Counted from the first letter of the stretch, positions 10,711 through 22,495 are shown. The stretch: 64,000 bases of DNA from Methylophilaceae bacterium (GCA_028122555.1 JAOHSH010000003.1:7791-71790); one strand, 5' to 3'. The notes: generated by a model from the sequence alone, not told the origin. A program made the numbers and translations.

Positions 10711-12909
10711 ATGGTTAAAGCCGCTCAAAAAAATAAGGCCGAAAAACTACATAAAGTTACTTCTCCACTTTTACCTGCAGATACAAAAGATTCAAAACTT
10801 ACAAAACTATTAAAAGTCTACCTTTCACAGAAAGAAATCGAATTAGTTTGGAAGGCATATCGTTATAGTGATAAAGCTCATACGGGACAAAAAAGAGTAG
10901 GTGGGGAGGCTTATATTTCCCATCCAGTTGCAGTAGCATGTATTGCATCTGAATTTCATTTGGATGGAGCATCAATTCAGGCAGCATTACTTCATGATGT
11001 AGTTGAAGACACCCCTTCAACAGCCGACGATATCAAAAAAATATTTGGCACACAGGTTGCTAAATTAGTTGATGGCCTATCAAAGCTGGATAAAGTTCAA
11101 TTTGAAGATGACACAGAAGCTCAAGCAGAAAATTTTAGAAAAATGCTTCTTGCGATGTCACAGGATGTCAGAGTGATTTTAATAAAACTTGCAGATCGTT
11201 TGCATAATATGCAAACACTAGAACCTTTAAAGCCAAAAAAAAGAAGAGCAATTGCTCAAGAAACTTCAGATATATATGCCCCTATTGCTAATAGACTCGG
11301 TTTAAATAATGTATATCAAGAATTAGAAGATTTAAGTTTTAAATATATTCATCCCTTAAGATGTAAGACTATAAAGAAGGCAATTATTGCTAGTCGTGGC
11401 AATAGAAAAGAAATTATTCAAAAAACACTTAAAGCAATAGAGGAAAAATTAAAAAAATCCGATTTAAAAGCAACTATTACTGGCCGTGAAAAAAATCCTG
11501 CGAGTATTCATAGAAAAATGTTAAAAAAACATACTAATTTTTCAAAAATTAATGATATTTATGGCTTCAGAATAATTGTTAACAATTTAGACGAATGTTA
11601 TTTAACATTGGGAGCCCTTCATGCTTTGTATAAACCCATCCCTGGTAAATTTAAAGATTATATTGCTATCCCAAAAGCTAATGGTTATCAATCACTTCAT
11701 ACAACATTATTTGGACCATTCGGTATGCCATTTGAGATTCAAATTCGATCAGATAATATGCATAAATTGGCAGAAGCTGGTGTAGCTGCTCATTGGCTAT
11801 ATAAAACCGAAGATGCTCATGTAACAGAACTTCAACAACAAACAAACCAATGGTTAAAAAGGTTACTTGAAATTCAAACTGAAAGTAGCGATTCATTTGA
11901 ATTTTTAGAACACCTGAAGATTGATTTATTCCCTGATGAAGTATACGTATTCTCTCCAAAAGGAAAGATTTTTGCCCTTCCTAAGGGCTCGACAACAATT
12001 GACTATGCATATGCAGTTCATACTGTAGTTGGAAACAGTGCTATGGCGGCAAAAATAAATCAAGAGTTAACTCCTTTGAGGGCAGAGATTTCAACAGGTG
12101 ATCATATTGAAATTATCACAGCTTCTGTCGCAAAGCCAAATCCAGCTTGGTTAAATTTTGTTATTACTCCTAAAGCACGTTCTCAAATAAGGTTATATCT
12201 TAGATCTGCTGAAACTAAAGAACTTATTATTTTAGGAAAAAGTATGTTAAATAATGCACTTAAAGCTTTTCATGTTGCTCCGTCTTCAATTAAAAAAAGG
12301 CACTGGGATAAAATAATCTTAGATTATCATTTAGAATCTAAAGATAATATTCTTATAGATATTGCTTTGGGTAAGAGAGTTAATGTGATGGTTGCTCATC
12401 AACTTACGAATATAATAGACGGAGCTAAACAAACTAAAAAGCAAACAAAATTTTTAGATGTAATAACTATAAAAGGTTCTGAGGGAATGGCCATAAAGTT
12501 AGCAATTTGTTGCCACCCAATACCTGGCGATCCAATATTAGGTTTTATTAATAAAGATAAAGGGTTAATAATTCATACTCACGATTGCCTTGCAATTCGA
12601 AATTTTAAATTAGATCATGAAAAGTGGCTCGATGTCGAATGGGAACCAAACCCGGAAGCTTATTTTAATGTTAATTTAAATATATTAGTCATAAATGAGC
12701 GTGGCGTATTAGCAAAAATTACATCAGTAATTGCAGACTCTGAAGCTAATATAGATAATATTTCTGTTGATGAAGGGGATGGAAGTTCTTTTTCAAATTT
12801 AAGATTTATAGTTCAAGTCAAGAATCGAACACATTTAGCAGACTTAATAAGAAATTTAAGAAAAATTACAAAAATTAATAAAATCAATCGTGTAAAATCT
12901 ATGCATTAA
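10711..12909 (+). CDS. spoT: bifunctional (p)ppGpp synthetase/hydrolase
   Basis: LLHDVVED hydrolase motif, IKLADRLHNM, GYQSLHT, TGS and ACT domains; gmk-rpoZ-spoT synteny. Confidence 0.96.
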   Translation: MVKAAQKNKAEKLHKVTSPLLPADTKDSKLTKLLKVYLSQKEIELVWKAYRYSDKAHTGQKRVGGEAYISHPVAVACIASEFHLDGASIQAALLHDVVEDTPSTADDIKKIFGTQVAKLVDGLSKLDKVQFEDDTEAQAENFRKMLLAMSQDVRVILIKLADRLHNMQTLEPLKPKKRRAIAQETSDIYAPIANRLGLNNVYQELEDLSFKYIHPLRCKTIKKAIIASRGNRKEIIQKTLKAIEEKLKKSDLKATITGREKNPASIHRKMLKKHTNFSKINDIYGFRIIVNNLDECYLTLGALHALYKPIPGKFKDYIAIPKANGYQSLHTTLFGPFGMPFEIQIRSDNMHKLAEAGVAAHWLYKTEDAHVTELQQQTNQWLKRLLEIQTESSDSFEFLEHLKIDLFPDEVYVFSPKGKIFALPKGSTTIDYAYAVHTVVGNSAMAAKINQELTPLRAEISTGDHIEIITASVAKPNPAWLNFVITPKARSQIRLYLRSAETKELIILGKSMLNNALKAFHVAPSSIKKRHWDKIILDYHLESKDNILIDIALGKRVNVMVAHQLTNIIDGAKQTKKQTKFLDVITIKGSEGMAIKLAICCHPIPGDPILGFINKDKGLIIHTHDCLAIRNFKLDHEKWLDVEWEPNPEAYFNVNLNILVINERGVLAKITSVIADSEANIDNISVDEGDGSSFSNLRFIVQVKNRTHLADLIRNLRKITKINKINRVKSMH

Positions 12910-12924
12910 AAATAAGGAAAAGTC

Positions 12925-13305
12925 ATGAAAAAAATATCTATAAATTCAAAAAATGCACCGGAGGCCATTGGGCCTTACAGTCAAGCAATTCGAAAAGGAA
13001 ACATAGTTTTTCTATCTGGACAGATACCATTAGACCCTAAAACTATGGAATTAGTGGATGGTATAGAAGGTCAAATAAAGCAAGTATTTGAAAATTTAAG
13101 TCAAGTCATAAAGGCAGCAGATGCAAGTTTTGATGACGTAGCTAAATTAAATATTTATTTAACTGATTTATCACATTTTGTTTTAGTAAATGAAATTATG
13201 CAGACGTATTTTACTGAGCCTTTTCCAGCAAGGGCAGCAATTGGAGTTGCATCTTTACCAAAAGGATCTTTAGTTGAGGCTGATGGATTTTTAGTTTTAG
13301 AGTAA
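12925..13305 (+). CDS. ridA: RidA family enamine/imine deaminase
   Basis: [25 protein letters not shown]. Confidence 0.92.
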   Translation: MKKISINSKNAPEAIGPYSQAIRKGNIVFLSGQIPLDPKTMELVDGIEGQIKQVFENLSQVIKAADASFDDVAKLNIYLTDLSHFVLVNEIMQTYFTEPFPARAAIGVASLPKGSLVEADGFLVLE

Positions 13306-13322
13306 TGAGGTAAGTATTAAAA

Positions 13323-15371
13323 TTGCCAAAACAAATATTCACTGAACTACAACTAAAAAAATTAAAAAGGTTAGGGATTTTAAATACCCTAGATTTACTT
13401 CTTCATCTTCCGATCAGGTATCTAGATGAAACAAAAATTGATCTGATAAAAAATATACGACCTGGAACAATGTATCAAATTGAGGGTAAAGTAATTAGTA
13501 AAGAAGTTTCATACCGACCGAGAAAAAGTTTAACTGTTTATGTGCAAGATGATACTGGTGACTTAAAGTTAAGATTTTTGAATTTTTATCCAAGTCAAAT
13601 CAAACAATTTGAAGTTGGTAAAATTTTAAGGATTTATGGAGAGATAAAATCGAGTTCATTTTTATTTGAAATGATTCACCCTCAATACGAGTTTATTTCA
13701 AAGGATACTCCACTTAAAAATTTTTATACCCCAGTTTATCCTGCAACTGAAGGATTATCTCAAAAGTTAATTTTTAAATTAGTTCAAAAAGTGTTCGAAC
13801 ATGAAAATTTAGTCGAGCAGTACCCCGATCTTTTTGGCGACTTATATGTAGAAAGAAATCTTCCATCATTATTAGAAACATTGAAATTGATTCATAAGCC
13901 TAGAAAAGAATATAAGAAGGAACTCTTCGATGAAAAAAAGAGTATTTTTCATCGAAGATTAATTTATGATGAATTACTTGCACATCAATTTTTCTTTCGT
14001 GGTAAATACCATGAAAATAAGTCTTATAAATCAAAACCAATTTTATATTCAAATAGTGCACATAAAAATTTTTTAAATAACTTAGAGTTCAAATTAACAA
14101 ATCAACAACAATCTTCATTTTTAGAGATTAAGAATGATTTAAATCAAAGTCACCCAATGAACAGGCTTCTTCAAGGAGACGTAGGTAGCGGCAAAACAGT
14201 TGTTGCAGCAATGGCAGCTTTACAAGTAATAAATTCTGATTTTCAAGTTGTATTTATGGCTCCAACTGAGATTTTAGCCGAACAACATTTTGAAAAACTT
14301 AATTTTTGGTTTGCTAGGCTAGGAATTCACGTTGAATTGTTAATAGGGAGTATGAACACTAAATTAAAAGATAAATCATATGAAAGAATAAAAAGCGGGC
14401 AAGCTAAACTTGTTGTTGGTACTCATGCATTAATTCAAGAAAAGGTAGATTTTAAATTCATTGGTTTTTATATCATTGATGAACAACACCGTTTTGGAGT
14501 AAATCAAAGATTAGCTTTAAGGAAAAAAAGTATACTAAATAAAAATTTTGAACCGCATCAGTTAATGATGAGTGCGACACCAATTCCAAGAACATTAGCA
14601 ATGAGTTATTTTGCTGATATGGATATATCAATAATTAATGAAATGCCTCCGGGAAGAAAAAGTGTAATAACAAAAGTATTATCAAGTGAAAAAAGAAATC
14701 AAATATTAGATACAATTAATCAAAATTGTTTTGATGGTAATCAGGTTTATTGGGTATGCCCTTTAATTGAGGAAAGTGAAACTTTGCAGCTTGAAACCGC
14801 AGAGAAAACATACCATGATTTATCAAATTATTTTTCAAATCACAAAGTAGGATTAATTCATGGACGGCTGTCTTCTAACGATAAAAAAATTATCATGGAA
14901 GATTTTAAAAAAAATAAGATTAAAATTATAGTGGCAACTACTGTAATTGAAGTAGGAGTAGATGTTCCAAATGCAACATTGATGGTCATAGAGAATGCGG
15001 AAAGAATGGGCCTTACACAATTACATCAGTTACGAGGAAGAATTGGACGAGGCGATAAGAAAAGTATATGTATATTACTGTATCAAAAGAAACTATCTAA
15101 TATAGCTAAACAGAGGCTCAAGATTATATATGAAAATATTGACGGCTTTAGGATTGCTGAGGAAGATTTAAAATTAAGGGGGCCAGGAGAGGTCTTAGGA
15201 TTACGGCAGAGCGGTCTTCCATCATTAAGAATCGCAGATTTAAATCGAGACCAAGAATTATTAAGTATCGCAAAGAAGGATGCAGATCTTCTTTTAGAAA
15301 ATTTCTCTAAAGATGTACCAACACATATTAATCGTTGGCATAAAAACTATCAAGATTTAGGAAGGTCATAA
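13323..15371 (+). CDS. recG: ATP-dependent DNA helicase RecG
   Basis: RLLQGDVGSGKT, IDEQHRFG, MSATPIPRTL, QLRGRIGRG. Confidence 0.97.
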   Translation: MPKQIFTELQLKKLKRLGILNTLDLLLHLPIRYLDETKIDLIKNIRPGTMYQIEGKVISKEVSYRPRKSLTVYVQDDTGDLKLRFLNFYPSQIKQFEVGKILRIYGEIKSSSFLFEMIHPQYEFISKDTPLKNFYTPVYPATEGLSQKLIFKLVQKVFEHENLVEQYPDLFGDLYVERNLPSLLETLKLIHKPRKEYKKELFDEKKSIFHRRLIYDELLAHQFFFRGKYHENKSYKSKPILYSNSAHKNFLNNLEFKLTNQQQSSFLEIKNDLNQSHPMNRLLQGDVGSGKTVVAAMAALQVINSDFQVVFMAPTEILAEQHFEKLNFWFARLGIHVELLIGSMNTKLKDKSYERIKSGQAKLVVGTHALIQEKVDFKFIGFYIIDEQHRFGVNQRLALRKKSILNKNFEPHQLMMSATPIPRTLAMSYFADMDISIINEMPPGRKSVITKVLSSEKRNQILDTINQNCFDGNQVYWVCPLIEESETLQLETAEKTYHDLSNYFSNHKVGLIHGRLSSNDKKIIMEDFKKNKIKIIVATTVIEVGVDVPNATLMVIENAERMGLTQLHQLRGRIGRGDKKSICILLYQKKLSNIAKQRLKIIYENIDGFRIAEEDLKLRGPGEVLGLRQSGLPSLRIADLNRDQELLSIAKKDADLLLENFSKDVPTHINRWHKNYQDLGRS

Positions 15372-15378
15372 GTCTATA

Positions 15379-15903
15379 ATGTGGACCAAAAATATTAAAA
15401 TAGATAGTAAATTAAAGTTGTGGCTTTTAGATATGAAATCTTTAAGTTACCGGATTAGAAGTATTGCAAAGCTTGAAATTATTCCTGTTAAAACAAGTGT
15501 AAAAAATATTTTTCTTAATGAAAAGAAAGAGCTTGGTAATATTAAATCAGAGCATTTATATCTTAGAGAAGTTTTGATTTATGCAGATAAATTACCAATT
15601 ATGTATGCAAGGACAGCTTTACCTTTGAAATATTTGAGAGGTTTCTGGCATAAAATAAAAAAATTAAATAATAAACCATTAGCAGATATTGTATTTGAAA
15701 GAAAAATGATAAAGCGATCAGATTTTAAATTTAAGAAGCCATCTATAAATGATGAATTTTCTAGAAAAGTAACAATATTAAATTTAAAAAATATCAAAAT
15801 ACTTGCTACAAGACAATCAACATTCCAAAATAAGAATAAAAAAGTAGTATTAACAGAGGTTTTTTTTAATAATTTCGAAAAATTTGATTATTTAGATGAA
15901 TAA
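15379..15903 (+). CDS. ubiC: chorismate pyruvate-lyase
   Basis: WLLD..SL, REVL, ART, TEVF motifs; upstream of ubiA. Confidence 0.85.
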   Translation: MWTKNIKIDSKLKLWLLDMKSLSYRIRSIAKLEIIPVKTSVKNIFLNEKKELGNIKSEHLYLREVLIYADKLPIMYARTALPLKYLRGFWHKIKKLNNKPLADIVFERKMIKRSDFKFKKPSINDEFSRKVTILNLKNIKILATRQSTFQNKNKKVVLTEVFFNNFEKFDYLDE

Positions 15904-16741
15904 ATTTAGTTCTTTATTAATTTTAACAAGAATTAACAAACCAATCGGTATTTTTTTATTACTGTGGCCTACACTATGTGCAATTTTGCTGGCCTCAGAA
16001 GGAATTCCTAATATAAAAATATTATTTATTTTTATATTAGGAACAATTTTAATGAGATCTGCAGGATGTGTAGTAAATGATTTACTTGATCATAAATTAG
16101 ATTCTTTTGTAGAAAGAACAAAAAGTAGACCGATTGCATCTGGTTTAGTGAGCGTTAAGGATGCAATAATACTGCTAATTTTATTATTAATACCTTCTTT
16201 TGTTCTTGTAATTCAATTAAATTATTTAACTATCTTGATTTCATTTTTTGCACTTATATTTTCATTAACCTATCCTTTAACTAAAAGATTTTTTACTATT
16301 CCTCAACTTTATCTTGGTGTAACTTTTGGATTTGGTATCTTAATGGCTTTTTCTGCTATTCAAAACACAATTCCATTAGAGGCTCAAATATTATTTGTTG
16401 CTAATATTTTTTGGGCTTTTGCTTATGATTCTCATTATGCAATTAGCGATATGAAAGATGATAAAAAATTAAATATTTATTCTGCCCCATTAACATTTAA
16501 TAAAAAGATAGTTTTGATGATTACACTAAGTTATTTTTTTATGTTTTTAAGTTTATTTATCATCGGGGGTTTAAATAAATTTACTATTATATTTTATTTT
16601 TTATTAAGTTTAGCTATGTTAGTTTCAATGTATGGATGTTTTGAAGGTAGATCTATGGATCCAGAAAAAAATTTCAAAGCTTTCTTAAGGAACAATTATG
16701 TTGGCCTTATTATATTTATAGGATTTCTCTCTCAAATATAA
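15896..16741 (+). CDS. ubiA: 4-hydroxybenzoate polyprenyltransferase
   Basis: RINKPIGIFLLLWP, MRSAGCVVND..D...D...ERTKSRP. Confidence 0.95.
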   Translation: MNKFSSLLILTRINKPIGIFLLLWPTLCAILLASEGIPNIKILFIFILGTILMRSAGCVVNDLLDHKLDSFVERTKSRPIASGLVSVKDAIILLILLLIPSFVLVIQLNYLTILISFFALIFSLTYPLTKRFFTIPQLYLGVTFGFGILMAFSAIQNTIPLEAQILFVANIFWAFAYDSHYAISDMKDDKKLNIYSAPLTFNKKIVLMITLSYFFMFLSLFIIGGLNKFTIIFYFLLSLAMLVSMYGCFEGRSMDPEKNFKAFLRNNYVGLIIFIGFLSQI

Positions 16742-16766
16742 AAATACAATTTTACCAAGTTAAAAA

Positions 16767-16796
16767 TTGACATGAAGGGCTAAAATAGACTAAAAT
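16767..16796 (+). promoter_or_regulatory. sigma70-type promoter of rplM-rpsI
   Basis: TTGACA-18bp-TAAAAT about 40 bp upstream of rplM. Confidence 0.55.
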
Positions 16797-16837
16797 TCTG
16801 ATCTTATTTTTTTTAATACAAATTGGCAGTTTATAAG

Positions 16838-17266
16838 ATGAAAACTTTTTCAGCTAAATCACATGAAGTTAAAAGAGACTGGCTATTGGTTGATGCTACA
16901 GATGCTACTTTAGGTAGGCTAGCGAGTGCAATAGCTCATAGGCTAAGAGGGAAGCACAAAGCTATTTATACTCCTCATGTTGACACTGGAGATTATGTTG
17001 TTGTAATCAACGCTGATAAATTAATTGTTACCGGCAATAAAGAAGATGGCAAAATCTATCATAGGCATTCTGGCTTTCCTGGTGGATTATATTCAACAAA
17101 CTTTAAAAAATTACAAGAAAAATTTCCAGGTAGAGCTCTAGAAAAAGCAGTAAAAGGAATGTTACCAAAGGGTCCTTTAGGTTATGCCATGGTAAAAAAA
17201 ATGAAAGTTTATGCGGGAAGTGATCATAATCATTCAGCTCAACAGCCACTACTAACAACTTTATAA
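16838..17266 (+). CDS. rplM: 50S ribosomal protein L13
   Basis: [22 protein letters not shown]. Confidence 0.98.
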   Translation: MKTFSAKSHEVKRDWLLVDATDATLGRLASAIAHRLRGKHKAIYTPHVDTGDYVVVINADKLIVTGNKEDGKIYHRHSGFPGGLYSTNFKKLQEKFPGRALEKAVKGMLPKGPLGYAMVKKMKVYAGSDHNHSAQQPLLTTL

Positions 17267-17281
17267 TTTAGGATATTTTTG

Positions 17282-17674
17282 ATGATAGGTAAATATTATT
17301 ATGGTACAGGAAGAAGAAAAAGTTCTATAGCGAGAGTATTCATTCAGCCTGGTAAAGGAAATATTTTAATTAACAATAAGCCTATGGCTGAGTATTTTTC
17401 AAGGTACACCTCGCAAATGATCATGAAGCAACCATTGGAATTGACAAATAATACCTCAACATTTGATATAAAAGTTAATGTTGTTGGTGGAGGTGAATCT
17501 GGACAAGCTGGAGCAGTAAGACACGGAATTACAAGGGCTTTAATGGATTATGATATAGAACTTAAGTCTGATTTATCTAAAGCAGGCTATGTAACTCGAG
17601 ATGCTCGTGAAGTTGAACGTAAAAAAGTTGGATTACGAAAAGCAAGGCGTGCCAAACAGTTTTCAAAACGATAA
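17282..17674 (+). CDS. rpsI: 30S ribosomal protein S9
   Basis: [23 protein letters not shown]. Confidence 0.98.
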   Translation: MIGKYYYGTGRRKSSIARVFIQPGKGNILINNKPMAEYFSRYTSQMIMKQPLELTNNTSTFDIKVNVVGGGESGQAGAVRHGITRALMDYDIELKSDLSKAGYVTRDAREVERKKVGLRKARRAKQFSKR

Positions 17675-17688
17675 AATTTTGAAATTTG

Positions 17689-17716
17689 AAAAAGCCGCTT
17701 TTAGCGGCTTTTTTTT
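17689..17716 (+). terminator. intrinsic terminator after rpsI
   Basis: AAAAAGCCGCT-TTT-AGCGGCTTTTTTTT hairpin with U-tract. Confidence 0.9.
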
Positions 17717-17757
17717 CAACTAGATTAATTATTAACAATGTAGAATAGCTCATATCT

Positions 17758-18798
17758 ATGGATAAAAAAGTAAACATAAGTATTGTTGGCGGGTCCGGTT
17801 ATACCGGCATTGAATTATTAAGACTATTGTGTCTTCATCCCAATGTGCAGATTCACCATATTACCTCTAGAAAAGATAGTGGAAAATTTGTACATGATAT
17901 TTACCCTTCGTTAAGAAGCATAATAAGTCATAAATTTGTAAATCCTGATGATATTGATCTTAAAGAATCAGATTTAGTATTTTTTGCTACTCCTAATGGA
18001 GTAACAATGAAATATGCTAAAGATTTAATAGACAATGGAATTAAAGTTATAGATTTGGCTGCAGATTTTAGGATTAAAAATATAAAAGAATGGGAAAAAT
18101 CATATGAAATGACCCATGAATGTCCTGATATTGTGGAAAAAGCTGTTTATGGACTTCCGGAAGTAAATAGAAATCAAATTAAAAATGCTCAACTTGTGGC
18201 AAATCCAGGATGTTATCCAACAGCAATTCAACTAGCATTAATACCTTTATTGAAAAAAAGCTTAATAGATCCACTTTCAATTATAGCTGATGCAAAATCT
18301 GGTATTAGTGGAGCAGGCAAAAAAGCCGAAACAGATCTTTTGTTATCAGAGGCAAATGAAAATTTTAAAGCTTATGCTTTAACTGGGCATAGGCATCAAC
18401 CCGAAATTGAAGAAAACTTAAGCAATAACTCATCAATCGAAAGAATTAAAGTTTTATTTGTACCTCATCTTTTGCCAATAGTAAGAGGAATTCACGCTAC
18501 AGTATATGTAAATTGTATTAAAGATTTTGATCCATCAGTTATTTTTAATAAATTTTACGATAAAGAGCAATTTGTTGATATTATGGGAGCAAATTCATGC
18601 CCTGAAACTAAATCTGTAAGAGCTTCTAATATCTGTAGAATATCGTTTTATAAGGTACCCGATACTCAACAATTGGTAATTTTATCTGTTATAGATAATT
18701 TAGTAAAAGGTGCTGCGGGGCAAGCAATACAAAATATGAATATAATGATGGGATGGAAGGAAAATATGGGCTTAGAATTAATACCATTAATGCCATAA
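17758..18798 (+). CDS. argC: N-acetyl-gamma-glutamyl-phosphate reductase
   Basis: GGSGYTG, ANPGCYPT, DNLVKGAAGQA. Confidence 0.97.
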   Translation: MDKKVNISIVGGSGYTGIELLRLLCLHPNVQIHHITSRKDSGKFVHDIYPSLRSIISHKFVNPDDIDLKESDLVFFATPNGVTMKYAKDLIDNGIKVIDLAADFRIKNIKEWEKSYEMTHECPDIVEKAVYGLPEVNRNQIKNAQLVANPGCYPTAIQLALIPLLKKSLIDPLSIIADAKSGISGAGKKAETDLLLSEANENFKAYALTGHRHQPEIEENLSNNSSIERIKVLFVPHLLPIVRGIHATVYVNCIKDFDPSVIFNKFYDKEQFVDIMGANSCPETKSVRASNICRISFYKVPDTQQLVILSVIDNLVKGAAGQAIQNMNIMMGWKENMGLELIPLMP

Positions 18799-18802
18799 TT
18801 GA

Positions 18803-19162
18803 ATGAAAAATAGATCAAAAAAGAGAAATTATAAATTAACTGGAAATACAGCTAGAATCAAGACTGGTAGTGCATGGCCTAGTTATTTTTTAATAGCGAT
18901 ATTTTTTCTTTTTACTGGAACTGGAGCTGCATATTATGTTTTTGATGGCGGCAAATCAATTAAATTTTTACTTACAATAGATGAATTAAGAAATTTTAAT
19001 AATGTACAAGAAAAAGAATTACTCGAGTTGAAATTGGAGTTACAGATGTCTCAGATTTCATATGAAAAAATTGCCACAGCATTAAAAAGAACAAAAGAAG
19101 AAAATACTGAATTAAAAGAAAGCGTTTTATTTTATGAAAAGATTGTAGGAAAGAGAAGGTAA
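18803..19162 (+). CDS. membrane-anchored coiled-coil protein (DUF6776-like) preceding bactofilin
   Basis: One TM helix then coiled coil ending LKESVLFYEKIV; position between argC and bactofilin. Confidence 0.6.
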   Translation: MKNRSKKRNYKLTGNTARIKTGSAWPSYFLIAIFFLFTGTGAAYYVFDGGKSIKFLLTIDELRNFNNVQEKELLELKLELQMSQISYEKIATALKRTKEENTELKESVLFYEKIVGKRR

Positions 19163-19165
19163 TTT

Positions 19166-19600
19166 ATGTTATTCAAGAAAAAAAAGAAACTAGGAGCCAT
19201 AGATACCCTTATAGATAAGGATATTGTTATCAGAGGTAATACTTCATATTCAGGTGGTTTGAGACTGGATGGAAAGATAAATGGCGATCTAACAGTTGTT
19301 GAAGATTCTGGCGGGACTCTTATTATGGGGGAAAAAAGTAGAATAAGAGGTAGTGTTATTGTTGAAACAGCTATTATTGCTGGTGAGATTATTGGTGATG
19401 TTAAATGTTCTGATTATATAGAATTACAGCCTAGCTCTGTTATTAAAGGTAATATTGAGTATAATTCTATTGAGATACATGCAGGAGCAATAGTTAATGG
19501 AGAACTAAAGCAGATGAATAAGGTCCTGATCAATAAGGTACAAAAAAAATTACCTTTAAAAAAAGACAAGAAAGTTATAGGAGATGCAAATGACAGCTGA
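19166..19600 (+). CDS. bactofilin (polymer-forming cytoskeletal protein)
   Basis: IDTLI...G...LRLDG.I.G beta-helix repeats. Confidence 0.9.
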   Translation: MLFKKKKKLGAIDTLIDKDIVIRGNTSYSGGLRLDGKINGDLTVVEDSGGTLIMGEKSRIRGSVIVETAIIAGEIIGDVKCSDYIELQPSSVIKGNIEYNSIEIHAGAIVNGELKQMNKVLINKVQKKLPLKKDKKVIGDANDS

Positions 19601-19940
19601 AATTAAAATGCCAACACCAATTAATTTTACTGATAATGCAGTGAATAAAGTTAAGGAATTAATAGCAGAAGAAGGTTCACCTGATCTCAAATTAAGAGTG
19701 TTTGTAAGTGGTGGTGGATGCTCTGGTTTTCAATATGGCTTTACCTTTGAAGAGGTAATTAATGAGGATGACACTCAAGTTGTTAAAGATTCAGTTACTT
19801 TATTAGTAGATCCAATGAGTTTGCAGTATTTAACTGGTGCTGAGATTGATTATCAGGATAACGTTCAAGGATCACAATTCGTAATTAAAAATCCTAATGC
19901 AACTACGACTTGTGGTTGTGGTTCTTCTTTTTCTGCTTAA
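19590..19940 (+). CDS. erpA: iron-sulfur cluster insertion protein ErpA
   Basis: [25 protein letters not shown]. Confidence 0.96.
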   Translation: MTAEIKMPTPINFTDNAVNKVKELIAEEGSPDLKLRVFVSGGGCSGFQYGFTFEEVINEDDTQVVKDSVTLLVDPMSLQYLTGAEIDYQDNVQGSQFVIKNPNATTTCGCGSSFSA

Positions 19941-21217
19941 AGATTAGGAACATCTCTCCTTAGCTTTCCAGTATAGATTTGTCTTGGTCGGCCTATTTTT
20001 GAATTTTCATTGAGATTCATTTCATTCCAATGAGCAACCCAACCCGCTGTTCTTGCTAATGCAAATACTGCTGTAAACATTGAGTTAGGTATGCCTAACG
20101 CTTTCATTACAATACCAGAATAGAAATCTACATTAGGGTACAATTTTTTCTTAACAAAATACTCATCTTCTAGTGCAATTTTTTCTAATTTTAAAGCTAG
20201 CTTAAATATAGGATCGTTTCTTAAGCCAAGTTCATCTAAAACTTCATGGCATGTAGCTTTCATTATGATAGAGCGAGGATCCTTATTTTTATAAATACGG
20301 TGGCCAAATCCCATCAATCGAAATGAATCTGTTTTATCTTTTGCTCTTTTAATATATTCATTGATTCGCCCTTCATTTCTGATTTCACTAAGCATTTTTA
20401 GGGTTGCTTCATTTGCTCCGCCATGAGCAGGTCCCCATAAAGATGCAATTCCAGCAGCAATACAGGCAAAAGGATTAGCCCCTGATGATCCAACAAGTCT
20501 AACAGTAGAAGTTGAAGCATTTTGTTCGTGATCAGCATGTAAAATAAGAATCTTTTCAAAAGCTTTTGATATAACTGGATTCTGAATATATTTAGAATTG
20601 GGGGTACAAAACATCATATTAAGAAAATTTTCTGAGTAACTAAGATTATCCTGAGGGTAAACAAAAGGGCGCCCCTGACTGTAGGCGAAACTCCATGCTG
20701 CAATCGTTGGTACTTTAGCAATTAATCTTTGAGCTGATAATTTTCGATGACTCTGATTATTTACTTTCATACTTTCATCAAAATAAAACGCTGACATTGA
20801 ACCAACTACTCCAACCATAACTGCCATTGGGTGAGCATCCCTCCTGAATCCACGAAATATAGTATTTAACTGATCGTGCGGAAGGCTATGCTCTTTAATT
20901 GACTTAATATAATTTGTTTTCTCTCTTGAATTTGGTAATTCACCATGAAAAAGTAAATAAGCGATATCTAGATAATCACGCTTTTCTGCTAATTGTTCAA
21001 TTGGGTGCCCTCTATGAAGCAATTCACCTTTGCCACCATCAACAAAAGTAATGGCAGATGAGCATTCTGCAGTAGATGAAAATCCAGGGTCAAATGTTTT
21101 AATTGAATTCGAATGTAACGAGCTTACATCAATTGCTGGATAACCCATTGATCCCTCTATAATTGGAAGGTCAATTTTTTTATTATCAATAAGTAATTTT
21201 GCTTTTAATTTAGCCAT
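19937..21217 (-). CDS. gltA: citrate synthase (type II)
   Basis: [34 protein letters not shown]. Confidence 0.97.
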   Translation of the reverse strand: MAKLKAKLLIDNKKIDLPIIEGSMGYPAIDVSSLHSNSIKTFDPGFSSTAECSSAITFVDGGKGELLHRGHPIEQLAEKRDYLDIAYLLFHGELPNSREKTNYIKSIKEHSLPHDQLNTIFRGFRRDAHPMAVMVGVVGSMSAFYFDESMKVNNQSHRKLSAQRLIAKVPTIAAWSFAYSQGRPFVYPQDNLSYSENFLNMMFCTPNSKYIQNPVISKAFEKILILHADHEQNASTSTVRLVGSSGANPFACIAAGIASLWGPAHGGANEATLKMLSEIRNEGRINEYIKRAKDKTDSFRLMGFGHRIYKNKDPRSIIMKATCHEVLDELGLRNDPIFKLALKLEKIALEDEYFVKKKLYPNVDFYSGIVMKALGIPNSMFTAVFALARTAGWVAHWNEMNLNENSKIGRPRQIYTGKLRRDVPNL

Positions 21218-21280
21218 ACAATTTATCTATCTTCGCGAAGTAAAAGTAATTTTTGTATTATACCGAAACTTAATAGTTTT

Positions 21281-22375
21281 TTATGAGTAATGGATTGCAC
21301 CTAGAATTCTAGGGCCTGAAGAGCCAGTGATTTTATGTGAATTATTATATTTTTTTTGAATACATTTTTTTGCAAGCCAAGCAAATGCTATAGATTCAAC
21401 TTGCTGAGAGGGAATATTGAGTTTATCTGTAGTATTGATATTTGTAGCAGTAATTTCCTTAATTCTCTCGATCAAAAATATATTTTTACTACCACCACCG
21501 CAAATGTATATCTCATCGAAATTAGAGCAGAAATTTTTTATAGCTTCTTTAATTGTTACAGCAGTTAATTCTAAAAGAGTTCTTTGAACATCTTGGGGAG
21601 AATAATCATTGATATTAAATTTATTTAACCAATTCATATTAAATAATTCTCTTCCAGTACTTTTTGGAGGGTACTTTTTAAAAAATAAATCTTTTTGAAA
21701 ATTAAATAGCAAACCCTCAATTAAGTTACCTGATTTTGCCCATTTTCCTAAATTATCAAAGTTTTTATTATGTTGAATTTTAATCCAATGATCTAGTAAA
21801 ATATTTCCTGGGCCACAATCAAAACCAATCATTTTTTTATTAGTTGGCAAATAAGTTATATTGCTTATACCACCGATGTTAATAATTACTCTGTTTTTAC
21901 TTTTTTTAAAAAAGAATTCATTATGAAAAGCTGGGACCAGAGGCGCTCCTTGTCCTCCAGCAACTATATCTCTATTTCTAAAATCAGACACAACAGTTAT
22001 ATTTGTTAGCTCAGCTAAAAGATTTGCACTACCAAGCTGAATAGAATAACCTTTTTCTGGCAAATGTCTGACTGTTTGACCATGATAACCAATACATCTA
22101 ATTTCTTTATTTTTTAGCTTATGTTTTTTTAGAATCTTTTTAATACCATTTGCTGTAATTTTTGCGTGAAATAGTGATAGACGAATCGAATGTTCAAGAT
22201 CAGAGAGATGTCCTGAGTGAAGAGCAAGAAATTCTTTTTTCGTATTCGTATTGTATGGAATTTGAATAAATTCAACTATATCAATATTTTTATTTCTATT
22301 ATTAATTAAAACAATATCAATTCCATCTAGACTTGTTCCAGACATAACTCCAAAAAAAAGTGATGAATTATTCAT
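21281..22375 (-). CDS. anmK: anhydro-N-acetylmuramic acid kinase
   Basis: GVMSGTSLDGID, HGQTVRH, GGQGAPLVP, NIGGISN, FDCGPGN. Confidence 0.96.
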   Translation of the reverse strand: MNNSSLFFGVMSGTSLDGIDIVLINNRNKNIDIVEFIQIPYNTNTKKEFLALHSGHLSDLEHSIRLSLFHAKITANGIKKILKKHKLKNKEIRCIGYHGQTVRHLPEKGYSIQLGSANLLAELTNITVVSDFRNRDIVAGGQGAPLVPAFHNEFFFKKSKNRVIINIGGISNITYLPTNKKMIGFDCGPGNILLDHWIKIQHNKNFDNLGKWAKSGNLIEGLLFNFQKDLFFKKYPPKSTGRELFNMNWLNKFNINDYSPQDVQRTLLELTAVTIKEAIKNFCSNFDEIYICGGGSKNIFLIERIKEITATNINTTDKLNIPSQQVESIAFAWLAKKCIQKKYNNSHKITGSSGPRILGAIHYS

Positions 22376-22495
22376 GTTTTTAATTGTGACCTTTTTATTT
22401 TTTTATACAAGTATTTGAAATAATAAAAGTCTAACTTTTTTAGGTCTATAATTGCGATAGAATTGAATTAAATAATAACTTTTGAGATAAAAATA

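Noticed and set aside
18803-19600. Bactofilin plus coiled-coil membrane protein as a novel cytoskeletal system
   Set aside because: The argC-membrane protein-bactofilin-erpA arrangement is common in beta/gammaproteobacteria, and nothing unusual is seen here.
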